A stretch of DNA of 63,485 nt, the filler included, from Basidioascus undulatus (lineage: Eukaryota), in assembly GCA_000826855.1 (NCBI GenBank). It is 11 parts of 11 records of this genome, joined end to end, with 100 filler letters (N's around TTAATTAATTAA, not from the genome) between each part and the next. Parts side by side here need not be neighbours in the genome. Positions count along the whole stretch, not along the records: positions 3,894 to 28,614 come from JTLS01000232.1; positions 28,715 to 32,507 come from JTLS01002320.1; positions 32,608 to 36,397 come from JTLS01002321.1; 8 more parts are not named here. One strand, 5' to 3'. The notes beneath the pieces were generated by a model. The model searched no databases, was not told where the DNA came from, and saw only the letters and a program-made list of their open reading frames with translations. This document shows positions 13,003-33,152 of this stretch, in pieces; the stretch's first letter is position 1, and the number at the start of each line of letters is the position of its first letter. Position numbers and translations under genes: made by a program.

Positions 13003-13721
13003 CTATCCCAACGCTCCCCTCGGCGCGCCCGGCAGGGACCTGCCCACCTCCTTCGCCTGGCTGGTCTGCGCCACACGGCGCTTCTCCGCGACGCGCAGCG
13101 CAAAAATGTCCTTGTGCAGGACGAAGCGCTTGTGGGATGGCTGTGATGTGGGTGCGGGTGAAGGCGATGGAGATGGCGAGGCGGGGCTCTTCTTTCCCTT
13201 GTCCTTGTCCTTCGACTTGTCCCCCTCCTTCTCCTCCTTCTTCTCCCGCCGCCTCCTCAGCCGCTCCTCATACTCCTCCTTCACCTGCGCAATGTCCTCC
13301 TGCGACACGCTCCCCAGCGCGTCCGCCTTCTCCTCGGGCGGCTCGTAGGCGCTCGCGAAGCCCCGGTCCGTGAGGTGCCCGGCGCAGGTATACAGCCAGT
13401 CCGAGACGTCCGCCGCTGCTGCCAATGTCTCCCCGCCGGCCAGTCAGCATCTCAGCGGACGTAAATGCCCATACGGAGAGGAGCTCGTCGCGTACCCAGT
13501 ACGATGGTTGTTGGCCTGCTCGCGGTTCGCCGACGGCCAATTACGTCAATCGCAGAAGCGCGCGGATAGCGAAGACTGCGCGCTTTACCTTCGACAGATA
13601 AAGCAGGGCTTCTCAGTGCCTGCAGCCTGGAGGCCATAGACAATTCATGCAAAAACAAGGAAGATAAATGCAATGCAAGACGCACTCGCTGGTAGTACAG
13701 GTTCTGGAGCTTGGGAGGCAT
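13003..13721 (-). CDS. VFA1: Vps4-associated protein 1 (Vfa1/DUF1742 family)
   Basis: Spliced MPPKLQNLYYQR/AAGTEKPCFICRR/PTTIVL/..DWLYTCAGHLTDRGFA, a charged segment, then HKRFVLHKDIFALR. Confidence 0.85.
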
Positions 13722-13969
13722 CTCCAGTTCGGCGAGATGAGCGTGAGAGGCCAAGGGGCTCCGGGCCGGAGTCAACGGAAGCGGAAAAGTACTGGGAACT
13801 AAGTAGGCCAATCAACCGCACGCATGCGCTCAGCACGATAGGACAGCGGGTGGAGGTTACGACATACAGAGCAAGGCCTCTTCAGCTTGTCTTCTTCCCT
13901 TCTCACCACAACTACCTCCTCCCATCTGCATTCTCTTTCCCAAAACACCTGCTGTATACCAAATCCATA

Positions 13970-16065
<2,096 letters not shown>

Positions 16066-16346
16066 AGCAGTTCGCTCGATAGAAAACTTTTGGGTTTGAG
16101 GACGAAAGACGATGAACGATGTTGACGCTGCTACGAGGAATATGTTGCGCATTTGCTTGCTTTATGCGAGACACTTGGTTAGTTGATCATTTTCGTGATA
16201 GGCCTAAGCCTTGGGGGGGAGAGATTTTGCAAATGGCTTTACCAAATACAACCGAAGTGTTTAAAGCGGCCGGCGTCGTACATCGCACATCTGCTTCCGA
16301 CAGCGTCAGCGGTCACGCTCATTACGGTTCCGACTCTTGTCCGCGA

Positions 16347-16590
16347 GCCACCATATCCTCACTCCCCCAAACGCCAGCATACTCAGCCCTTCGAGTCGCT
16401 CACATAGCTCTATATTCGTTCGACCGTATTCGATCATGGTCGCTCGCGTACACCCGGGACTCGGCCACCCTGGCCTCACTCTGCCTCGCTCGCGATCCTT
16501 GAATGACCTTGCTACGCCGATGCTCTATGCGTCGATTGTGCTGTGCACAAAGGATCAGCAAGCGAAGCTCGCCCCCCACCGCTGAAGACA
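16347..16590 (+). pseudogene. Relic of an F-box-like protein N-terminus
   Basis: TISSLP...SATLASLCL joins SRSLNDLATPMLYASIVL across a frameshift near 16488. No intact continuation. Confidence 0.4.
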
Positions 16591-17385
16591 ACGCGCAGCT
16601 CCACGCCGCCTTCTCGGATAATCATCCCCATAGCAGTACATGTCCACATAGGAAAACTCCTTTCTCTGCAAGGTGACCGCAGTGATGGATTCTGTGATTC
16701 ATTGACGGCTCCGGAGTGCACCGGAGTGCCGGGTATTGCACTGCCACCCGGCCGTTGTGGAACAACACACCTCGAGCTTTCTTGGCACTTCATACAAGGT
16801 AAAGTTAGCTCAAGTACAATTAAGACAGAGGATTATGCAATTTTCTAATCCTTTGGGTGTTAGAAAGAGCACCCGAGAGCGCAGGCCGCTGTTTCACCGA
16901 ACTGCGGCATAGGCAGTTGGAAATTCCGCACCAGCGCGAGTATACGGGAGAGTTGATGTTTTCGCGATCGCCGTCTGCAACCGAACTGAAGTTGTGCCTA
17001 ACGCCAGTTTGGCACCGGAAGCGGTTGTATCTGAGAGGAACTTGTCACGGGCTTCTACCTTCATCCATAACAGTCATGCTTCTTATGAGTAAAGCTACAG
17101 ACAGGCCCATGTCCCCTTTCGGATGGCAGAAGAAGCCGTCGGAGCCAGTCATGGGGGCACTGTTACGGTGCGTCCACCATAGCTCATGCCGTTAATGTCG
17201 GGACACAGGATTTCCGGGACACCATAGAACATACAAGTACACATGATATAGAGTTACGGAATTGACTGACTCAACAACAAGATATCCCGCTACACTTTAC
17301 ACGACGTATACACCTGCCCGCCTCCCGCGGACAAATTGGGGGTTGGATAACAAGAGAAACCCGCTGAACGACAAGCTCGGATTGC

Positions 17386-20086
17386 TCAACCAGCAGAGTG
17401 GACATCCGAGTCCTTGGTCCACCGCCGCAGCGTCTTTCCGAAGTACCAGAGAGGAATGGCGAAGGCGACAAAGGCGATGGTTAGACCCGCGTTCATCATC
17501 AGCGGCGCGATGTAGCCGATTTTTTCGGTCCACGGATTGAGCCAGAACGCTTAGAAATACAGTTATTTAGTAGGAGCTTGAATGAACTTCGACAGCCAAG
17601 GTGGACTTACACATGCCGAAACCTGCGTGAAAGTGTGGAAGTTACCGGTGAGTTTTGACGAGCTCGAACTGGCTGATACACAAAACGTAGCTCACCTCAC
17701 CTGAAAACCATGTTAATTAGCATGATAAATTCCAGTGAATGGCACATAACCGTGATACAGAACTCACAGATTCTTTACAACCGTCATTGTAATGAGCATC
17801 TCACCGCACACCGATCGGTAGCTGTCGACAGCGTAGGCAGTCGAGATCGTGGGGACTGTAAATTCGGTTATCAGCAACTTTAGACGAGCAAAATCTTATA
17901 CATTTCGCACTGGTGACGCTCTGAAAGCCGATCTGGGGGGGAAAGGACGGTCAGACCAAGCTTCACGAGTTTCTACTGAAGCACAGGCCCGCGAAGAAGA
18001 CGTACCAGCCCGTAGCCAACGATGACAATCGCCTCCCACGCCCACTGCTTCTGGTAGCCGATAGTTGTGACGAGAGCTCCGATGAGGAGGAAGACGACAA
18101 AAAATGCCCAACAATGGGAGCCGCATCTCAGCTTCCTGGACGCCGTTGTTCCGTTTGGTCATTCGGCGGCAGGACCAATCGGACAGGGGACCGGCAATCG
18201 CCAGGCCGACAACTGATAACACAGGCACTGTCGCTCAGTCTCTTATTTCTTCTTAAACCATTTGGGAACCTTACTAGAACCGCCGACTAGCGCAAATGAG
18301 GTGAAGCCAAGAGCACCGCCGCCAAAGGCATACGGCGGCAAGGCGAGGACTGCCGCCGTAGTGAGATTGCACACTGCATTGCGACAGGGAGGTCAACTCA
18401 ATTTCGTCATTCCTTGGATTTTACTTACTGAGGACATTTGAGATGGACCACGAGAAAACGAAGGCCGCCCATAGCACGATGGGGAACAAGAACAGCTTCA
18501 GGGGGATGACAACGTCGCGGTACAGCGAGACGTGTCGGGCGATTTCTGGGACCGAGGGCGAGGTGGATGAGTGTCTTTACCACCTAAATTAATGGATAGG
18601 TAACTCACTGCCTGGCCAGATGGTGTACTGCTGCTTGCTCGGTCGGCCCTTGCCCAGACAGGCTGCAACGTCGGCTGTGAACTCGCCCATCTCCTCCTTG
18701 CCGTGGGTTTCAATGCGGACCACCGCGTCTTCACGCTTATAGATTCTAACATTAGCGTAATTCATTGATCAGCGACATCCTCTCTAGCCATAAGACATTG
18801 TGGGGCTTGCGTCTCTGGATACGCGAAAAAGCTGCCGAGGAAGTTGTCAACGAATAGAGAACGGACTCGCCGCATGACACAACAACTCACAGCAGGATTT
18901 GAACAGCGGCAAAGCCCGCCTGGAAGACTTGAGTTAGTACTAAGCATACAGATTTTCACTTTTCTGCGTCACGCACCGTGCAAAGCCAGAAGAACGAGCG
19001 CCAGCCGACGTAGCTAGCCATGTTACCACCTGCAACAAACCCCCTTTTAGCCATGTTCATGGACGATATGAACAATGATGGGGCCGATGTTGAGCGAATT
19101 GGTAAACACGAAGAAAGACCTGGAAATCGGCATCATTTGAACATGTGCCCCCGACAGCCTGTGCCAGGGCGACACTTACAAGCCCAGCCAGCGCCCGCGT
19201 TCGTGCAGGAAACAAATATCGGCTACAAGAGCCGGGAATAGAGTCTCATTTGCAGCTGCACCAATACCGTTGACGACACGTGCGGCCAGGAAAGAGTCGT
19301 AGCTCTTTGCAAGGGCTTGCTGACCGCCCGAAACAGGAAATCATAAGCGGAGATCACCCGCCAGGTACTTGCTGAATCTACGCACCCAAATACAGGATCC
19401 AATGCAAATGGAATTGAGAATAAGAAGCACAGGGCGGCGACCGTAGGTGTTACTGAGCGGGACTCTGATGGAGAAATCGTCAAAGCATAAACGACAGGGG
19501 CAGTCGACAGGCCACCTACACAATGAAGTTGGCGAAGCCCTGATCGAACAACGCTCATTTTAATACCATAACCAAGAAACATCGCAAGAAGTGACTGACC
19601 AACTCCAAGATACCGTATCCCGTCAAGAGGGATATCTCTTGGTAGGAGCGCTCCGGCCATTCAGCCAAAAAGACTGCAAAAGGCCGTCATGAAAGCCAGA
19701 CTGGAAGTCCTATCAATTCGGTCCAGGATCTTACAGGGAGTCATGGGACCGACGGAGAGGATAGGGAAGTTGCCGAGGAAAGTCCAGATGAGGGCGGTCG
19801 TCAAAACCGTGCCCTTCCAGAATGGCGACCAATTGAGCGGATCGTGTGGGTCCGTCTGGGACCGGGCAGGGACGAGGACGGTGCCCGATTTGCCTTTGAC
19901 AAAGTGTACATCTCCGACATCAGTCATGATCTCCGTGCCGGGGAGAACTTCGACACCGAGGTCGCGCGAGGCCTCAGCGACCGCGACGTTCATGTCGGCC
20001 CTTTCCACGTGGTATCCATCGACGAATTCTACCTGGTTGGGCCGGTGCTTGTCGTAAGACGTCCGTTCGGGAGTGTAGGACGGCAT
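17386..20086 (-). CDS. Major facilitator superfamily transporter (HOL1/DHA1-like), many exons
   Basis: LPGTEIM, DPHDPLNWS, PLSNTYGRRPV, FLAARVVNGIGAAANETL, ADICFLHERG, NNGVQEAEMRL and C-terminal PLWYFGKTLRRWT...AG*. Not every splice junction was verified. Confidence 0.88.
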
Positions 20087-20821
20087 TTATTGTACGGAAC
20101 GTGCAGTACGTGTGTGAGCAAAGAGGAAGAGAGAGTGAGGGCTTGTACGCCGGCACAGTGTGCTGCCTTCCTTTATCAATCGTGGCCGCTGCCGCGGTTC
20201 TGAATTTTCATGTCCAGCCAGAGATTCTGTTCATTCAGTCAGTCTTCCCTGACAGAGTACAGGCCTCGCGTGAACGCACGAACGGGCAGGTGACCGTGAA
20301 GACACCGTCTGGGTTCCATTTTCCGTGTACGATGCTTGAATTATCAGCCTCGCCAGGTCAGACCGCCTCCAGCTGCCTCCAGCGTGCCAGCGCGCGTGAC
20401 TTTTTAAGCATCTTGTGGCTTACTCCGGTTTCTGCTTTTATCATTGCCAGAGGAGATGCGGACTCTCCTTGATCACTTGATTGACTGACTGCTTCCGTGT
20501 GGGTACTGCCAGTGGACTCCTGGCCTCAGGCAGTCGCGGCGCCGACAGTTCAGCTTTACCGTCGTTTCGAGTTCCGACAGATACTTTCATTCCTGGAAGA
20601 GAATTACCGCGAGCTCGTTATTTCAAAGGTGGGTAATAATCCGTAGTCACACCGCCCCGAGCTCATAAATACAGGTGCGTAGTTCAGGCTCAGCCAAACA
20701 CACCACACCAGAACGCCAGGTAATCCGTATACGACATGAATCATAGGGGGACATAAACAGAAAAGAAGAAGCGCGCGAAGCCCGAAAGTGAAAGCAGAAC
20801 CGTTCTCTATCGACGCTGCCG

Positions 20822-26858
<6,037 letters not shown>

Positions 26859-26995
26859 GATGGGCTAGGCCGAGCGATCGAGGGGGTTGGGAGTGGCGGA
26901 GAAGGAAGACGAGGGGGGTCGACCGCAGCTTCGCGCTCGGCGGTGGCGACGGCGACGAGGCTGCGCTTGATAGCGAGCGCTTGAGGAGGAGCCTA

Positions 26996-27853
26996 ATGCT
27001 CGGTGAGTGGCGTAATGTCGTAAAGAGGAAAGAACAAGAGTCGAGAATGAACGCCTGCAACGGCGAGCACGAAGGACGCGACGGTAAACGATCAAGCTGC
27101 TTCCCAAGTTCAAGTCAAGCGGCAAAGACGAGGACATTCCTTACGTAATCACTAGGCCTTGGGAGTGATCACCAGGTTCCTCTCCTTGTTTTCGATCATC
27201 ATGTGTGCTTTAGCGCAATATCTTGCTGACGAGTACAACCTGACTTTCTTGTCGATCAATATCCGCAGCTCATCAAACACCCTTTCACGAGCAGGTTCAA
27301 GCGCTCCGGCGCGTTCGACGCCCTCCGGAAGGACCTGCTCGCATCGTTCCAAGCGTCCGACTCGCACGCACGCTTCCAAAATCGAATCAACGAGATCCTC
27401 TCGGATAAGTTCGAGCAGGACGAGAAGCTCGGCACTTGGGGGCGGGACGCCGTGCAGGCGGAGCTCATGCGGGAGATCGAGCGGTGCGTTTGACGTCCAC
27501 TAAGAAGTGCCCAAGGTCTTCTTTGCTCAATTCAGGAAGGATACAGCTTCCCTGTGTTCCAGAGGGTCTCTACCGATATACATACTACGTTCCTGAAGGA
27601 CGAAGCGCTGCTGAAGAGGCTCGACGCGGGGCTGAAGAAGATCACGGACGCGGCGGCGGGTGCGACGAGCAGTGCGTATTCGTACAATGTTGCGGAATAT
27701 CCTTACGAACTGATCCTTTGACAAATAGATGGGAAAGGCAAGAAGCGTGGACACCCGGATGAGGATGACCACCACGGTCGGAAGACGGTCAGGGTCAAGG
27801 TGGAAGACGAACGCAGGCCGTCAGCCTCGAGGAGACTTGGCGGTCCTCGGTAG
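26996..27853 (+). CDS. BOD1/SHG1 (COMPASS-associated) domain protein; 5' exon structure uncertain
   Basis: Exon FKRSGAFDALRKDLLASFQ...AELMREIER splices to FPVFQRVSTDIHTTFLKDEALLKRLDAGLKKI. Last exon ends at TAG 27851-27853. Not captured by the ORF track. Confidence 0.65.
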
Positions 27854-28114
27854 CAGATTATTGGGGTGCTCTTTACCGCTCCCGACGGTACCATCTTGTA
27901 TTATGCCCATGTTGTGTCATATTCGGACATTTTAGCTCTGCACACAACCATATTGCCGTAGGGCTGGGCCTGAACGACTGAACGAGATGAAGCGCTGTGC
28001 GTCCTGCACATAACGGGTGCCTTGTTTTCCCATACCTATACCGTGCGGGGCGCTTCCGATTACAAGACGAAGTATCTGGAGCAAGCAGCTAGTTCATGTG
28101 ACGAGTGATGAATG

Positions 28115-28340
28115 CTACAAGAACACCTGATGCGATGTTCCAGTCCTAACGACCTTCCGACAAAAAGCGCACGATCCCGAAACAGCATCATGTCGAGGCA
28201 CCCGTGGCAGTACAAGTGCCCACACGGCGTACTCCACACCTCGCCCTCGGCGCCTCCCAGCCGCTCCAGGCAGATGTTACACGTTGGCGCGGAGATGACG
28301 CCGAGGGCGGCGAGGAGCTCGTACAAGAGGGCACTCCAGC
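28115..28340 (-). pseudogene. C3HC4 RING-finger gene fragment with a frameshift
   Basis: CNIC...TPCGHLYCHGC in one frame. The final CAFCRK..HQVFL* lies in another frame starting at 28171. Confidence 0.6.
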
Positions 28341-28546
28341 TCCATCCTTGGTGCGGAGTCTTCCAGCTCAGCCTCCGTCTGGGTCTTCCTCCTCCCAGCC
28401 CAGTTCAACAAGGTCCTCCTCCCCCCGCCCATCCACAAGAACATCCCCCTTCAGATTCTGGGCATGGCATAGAAGATCTTGCATGCCCGGTAGATGTCCC
28501 ATGCCAGATGGTTGATTAGTTAAATTGATTTATTAATGTACACCAG

Positions 28547-28614
28547 GCCTCGCTAGCTCAATCGGTAGAGCGTGAGACTCTTAATCTCAAGGCTGCGGGT
28601 TCGACCCCCGCGTG
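28547..28614 (+). tRNA. tRNA-Lys: Nuclear tRNA-Lys(CTT), intronless, last bases cut off by contig end
   Basis: GCCTCGC-TA-GCTC..GAGC D-arm, TGAGA/TCTCA anticodon stem with CTT at 28580-28582, GCGGG-TTCGACC-CCCGC T-arm. Confidence 0.95.
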
Positions 28615-28714
28615 NNNNNNNNNNNNNNNNNNNNNNNNNNNNNNNNNNNNNNNNNNNNTTAATTAATTAANNNNNNNNNNNNNNNNNNNNNNNNNNNNNN
28701 NNNNNNNNNNNNNN
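28615..28714. other. Artificial contig spacer
   Basis: N44-TTAATTAATTAA-N44. Confidence 0.99.
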
Positions 28715-28734
28715 ACCCCCTCTCTCCCCCAAAG

Positions 28735-28963
28735 GATCTGCGGCCGAGTGATCTGCTTCCGGTGCTCGCACTTCCGCCCGTCCCTCTACGGGGCGTCGCG
28801 CCCCATGCGCGCGTGCACGGCGTGCGTGCGCGCGATGGAGAACCCCGATGAGGACGAGGGGAGCGACGAGGATGGGGAGGGCGAGGAGGGCGAGGGGACG
28901 GAGGAGCTGACGGAGACGGAGACGGAGGGGACTGTGGTGGGCGCGGGGGGAGGGGCTGGGTGA
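28735..28963 (+). CDS. Last exon of a FYVE zinc-finger protein, partial
   Basis: After a pyrimidine tract and AAG acceptor: ICGRVICFRCS...RPMRACTAC (second half of a FYVE finger) and an acidic tail. Confidence 0.7.
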
Positions 28964-31900
28964 GGGAGGAGGAAGGGAGGACCGGATTTCTGATTTGGCG
29001 TTTCGGGGGTTGAATAAGTGGATTGTTGTTGAGCTGTTCAGCGTGTGGCGGACGAGTTTCGCTTTGCGTCGCAGTCGCGTACTGCCTGGGGATCTCCACA
29101 CGGACTGGGTCGGGGCTTGAGTGTGTGAGCTGCGATAGGCCGATTTAACTTTACGACCATTATATTCCCAACGGGTCTCAATTAATTGACAAGTACGACA
29201 AACACGGCATTTTGGACCCGCCAGGGGACGAGGCGGGGCGACGCCGATGGCGACTCAGTGACCTCGCGAAGGGGGCGCCTCTTTGCACCATTTTCATCTC
29301 CACAGGTATATGAGGTCTCTTGAGAAATTATGAATGCGACAATTGGCTAAAAGGCTTTGCTGCGTGCAAAATGACGTTGCCACAGCCAAACATGACTGTA
29401 TTACAGCGCCCAGATGTTCGTGTCCTTATCTGCATGACTCGATTGACCAATTCTTGGTCTCCGACTACTCACTTATGAGCGCTGCACACTGGGCGTGGAG
29501 CAACAGGACTGAGAACCGAGAATAGGGAATTGTCTAGTAGACACACCATCTGCAGTCAAAGCCGATCCAGTCAAGTTTGCCGAAGCAGAGGAGTGCCAGA
29601 TCTCGGCTGTGTTTTTTCCCATGGTGTATAGAGTATTCCGCTCTGCTTGGAGCATCTTACGCTATGCTTGGAGCATCGGCAGAGCCTGTATAGGCCATGG
29701 GTCGTGCATTCAAACCAAGGACCGGCTACAATTAGTCACGGCCGTCACAAAATTGGAGCAACGTTCATATCTTCACACCTGAGACACATGCCCATACAAA
29801 CACAGACATTCTAACCTAGAGAGATGCCTGCAAAGGCAAGCTCGACAACCCGTTTTGTTTCATAGTGGACTGAGACTGTCTATTTTCCGGAGTTAATATT
29901 CATTCTAGATTCTCTTCTCGGGAGGTCTTTCAGTCGCTCTTATGCGCGTCAGGCACAGCAAGAATCGCAATACCATGTTGATGCATAGGGACTGGGCGAG
30001 GGACGACACCAATCGCTCAGGCAGAATTTATGCAAATTAAAAACACCTTGGAATACTCAAAATATGCGACCTCTGCCTTGCCCTTCAGTCATTCAGGTGA
30101 GTCGGATGAGCAGCGGCTCGATCACCCTCAGCCGAATCCCAGAGTAATGTCCAAAGCGCATGTTCAGTCCCAAAGTCCCTAGATGGAAGAGAAAACTCCC
30201 AAATTCTCAACGGGCACCAGCACCAAGTTGCTTGTCGGATGCACTCAGGAAGGAAGGAACTGAGCGGGTGTTTGTTCCTTGTACAGATCTGTCATGCGCC
30301 GTGCATGACCCTTGACAGCGTCCCTGCAAAAATTCTAGACACTTACTATTTTGTTTCCTGTGAATCATACATTGATCTCTCAGGTGGTACAGCCGCCATG
30401 GGCTGAATGAGTGGCGTAATGATGGACTCCGTTGTCAGCTAGGGAGCGGGTAGGGGAAAGCTGAGAATACCACACTTCTTCTTGCTGTTGGATGTGCGCG
30501 GTACACTTGAAACAAGTAATCAGTTGAAATATCTACTTGAAATAAGCTTCAAGTGTATGCTGAATGTACGTCTCGACTGTTCAAGCTTGACCGAGCTACG
30601 AGCCGGCCTGCCCGCAGGGTGTAATTGGAAGTGGCCTTCACCCGGGACATGTTGGTATAAATTCTAGTCTTTAGTTGCGAGTGAATTTAGAAGGCTATAG
30701 CCTCTACCCGTGTGCCGTCATGTTCGTCAGTCCGCCAGCAACCAAAGTCGCGGTGCTGATCCAGCTTCTAAGTCTCATGGATACTCATGCATTCAAGACG
30801 AAAGCTCCTACAGGGTAACCTCTGAGAAGATATCTGTTCTATTTTTTGAAAGTCTTATCTGGCCTACGCGCCGAATCCTCATTTCGCTTGCCGTAATACC
30901 TTCCGGTTCTCATGGCGTCGCCCCTCAACTGTGAGCCTCCCAACTCACTCTCTTCTGATACAAGCGTGCTAGAGGAAGCACCACAACTGAACCTTTTAAT
31001 ATTTATCAGGTATGGCTAGGGCATGCAATAAAAGCACAGACGTTTTGACAGCAATAATGCCGGTAGGGCTGTTCGAGTTCGCTTGGCGGACATCTTTCGC
31101 AAGGTATGAAAGGTGATGAATGGTAGGCATCCATGTCTAGAATGTTCCTAAACCGTGGGTTGGAAGAGACTCGAAGATACTTGAAGGAAGATTCTTTAGA
31201 GTGAAGACTGTGGGGGCATCTGGGGAGACGCGTGTGCAAGTCTTGACGTTTGATGTTTCAACACCATTGTTGTGCGACTTCTGCCGCCGAGAATTCGTAC
31301 CTGTTTCTGCTGTTCCAGTTCGCAGTTCGTAATGCAGTCCCAACGCGCTGAATAGCTCTGCTGCTGGCGGGCTTGCCTGCCTTTCGAATTAGCAACGAAT
31401 ATTATATATAGGCCTGCCGCTCTGGCCCACATTTTATCTTCCGAAGAAAGTGATAACATCAGCGAACTGTTCGTGAGCCAGCGTTGAAAATGTAAGAGAG
31501 TGTCTCAGCCCCTTGGCTGCAGCCTCGCATTTGCATGTTGTTCGTGTCGCTGTCGTTGGTCTGCGTCGCCTCTTGGCCGGTGGCCGCCAGCAGGGCCGCC
31601 ATGCCCCGGCATCGTGCTGCTGTGCTCGCTTCTTCGGCTCACGTTCCTCATTGACACACCGAAGCTGTTGTCGTTGACTGACCAAAGGGCGTGCTTTTAA
31701 CGCTCTGTCGACCTTTCCTTTCGAGTTTCCATCTCCCCATCGACCGGCGCCTCGCCCGCTTCACTGCCCCCGCGCGGTATCATTCAGTCGTCATCACCAT
31801 TCGAATCAGTCGTTCGCTTTCGTCGCCCTGTACGGACCAGCTGCGATTCAACCTGACCGCACCTTGGTCTGCGCTACCCACAATAGCCGCTCCCCTTCTT

Positions 31901-31992
31901 CCTTCTCGACATACCCCACCACGCTCGTTTAACGCCCTTCTGTCCGCTCTCGCGCTCCCAACCGCGACACCACCCGAGCGAGTCCCACCGCG

Positions 31993-32507
31993 ATGCGCGC
32001 CTCTGCCGCACCGGACAGCTTGTCATCGGTCTCTACATCCACGACGACGACGACGGCCACCTCTTCCTCATCCCCGAGGAAACGGACCTTCTTCAACCGC
32101 CTCCGCAAGAAGGGCGCCCCCGTACCCCTCACTCCCCTCTCAATAGCCCTCGCCTCCCCCACATCCTCCGCCTCCTCCGCCTCCGCCTCTACCGACTCGC
32201 TACCCCCTCTCCAATCGTCCACCTCGAGCACCGCGACATGCTCGACCGAGTCCATCGTGACTCCGGTGTCTGCTGAGGCCCCGGGGTTCGAGATCCCGGA
32301 CGTGTGGGTCACGCCGCCCGAGGAGGACGACGGGCGTGCCGCGGTGTGCGAACACAAGGCGTCTGTCGAGCTCAAGCGCAGCAAGCTCTTCGTTGCCGAC
32401 GAGCAGTCTCTGGCACTCCCTACCCCTCCCGCTCTCCCCCCCGACGTACACGCGCGAGTCGAGCTCGCACACGGCGCGAAACGAGCCGCCGGACGCGGCG
32501 GACCCGG
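31993..32507 (+). CDS. Hypothetical Ser/Thr-rich protein, 3' truncated
   Basis: ATG-initiated GC3-rich ORF running into the spacer. Contains PRKRTFFNRLRKK and IPDVWVTPPEE. Confidence 0.5.
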
Positions 32508-32607
32508 NNNNNNNNNNNNNNNNNNNNNNNNNNNNNNNNNNNNNNNNNNNNTTAATTAATTAANNNNNNNNNNNNNNNNNNNNNNNNNNNNNNNNNNNNN
32601 NNNNNNN
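32508..32607. other. Artificial contig spacer
   Basis: N44-TTAATTAATTAA-N44. Confidence 0.99.
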
Positions 32608-33152
32608 GTCAATCTCTCCTGCGGATCTGTCAACACCGCTTAAACTTCAGCTAGATGTACAGGGGAGGGGGGAAGACGCATGCGGTCCTGTCAAGACACC
32701 GCCTGATACCGCTGCATCGCTAATTAGTTCTCGTTCGTGTTGATCACTTTCCGAAGATGAAAGAAACTAAATTCTCAGCTAGATGTACTTCGACACATTG
32801 ACGCCCGTCTTTTTATTACACAGAGCCTTGTGACAGAGCTTGCCAGCTCAGGAGCAGAGGTCGCAACGCCGAGCACTGTCGACGACAGCGAACTGCACAG
32901 ACGCTAGGCACCCTCTACCTAGCTACGAAGAGCTGAATGAAGTCGCTCCTATCGCAGGCCAGGTGAGGTATGTTCAGAGCGACGAGATTGCGAGCCAAGA
33001 TCTTTATACTCGACGTAGCTTGACGTAGCACGACATTTGACCGTGATAGCCAGTGTAAGGCGACATTGCCATTGTGGGGGTTTGTACATTTTTTATAAGA
33101 GAAATGACAGTCCCTTAAAGTTCAAAAGCCACACGTCGGCGCTGAAAGCCTA

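Noticed and set aside
29100..31900. Hidden gene or transposon in a long region of moderate GC
   Set aside because: Only short ORFs and a 13-nt direct repeat (29644-29677). No transposase, reverse transcriptase or terminal-repeat signal seen by eye.
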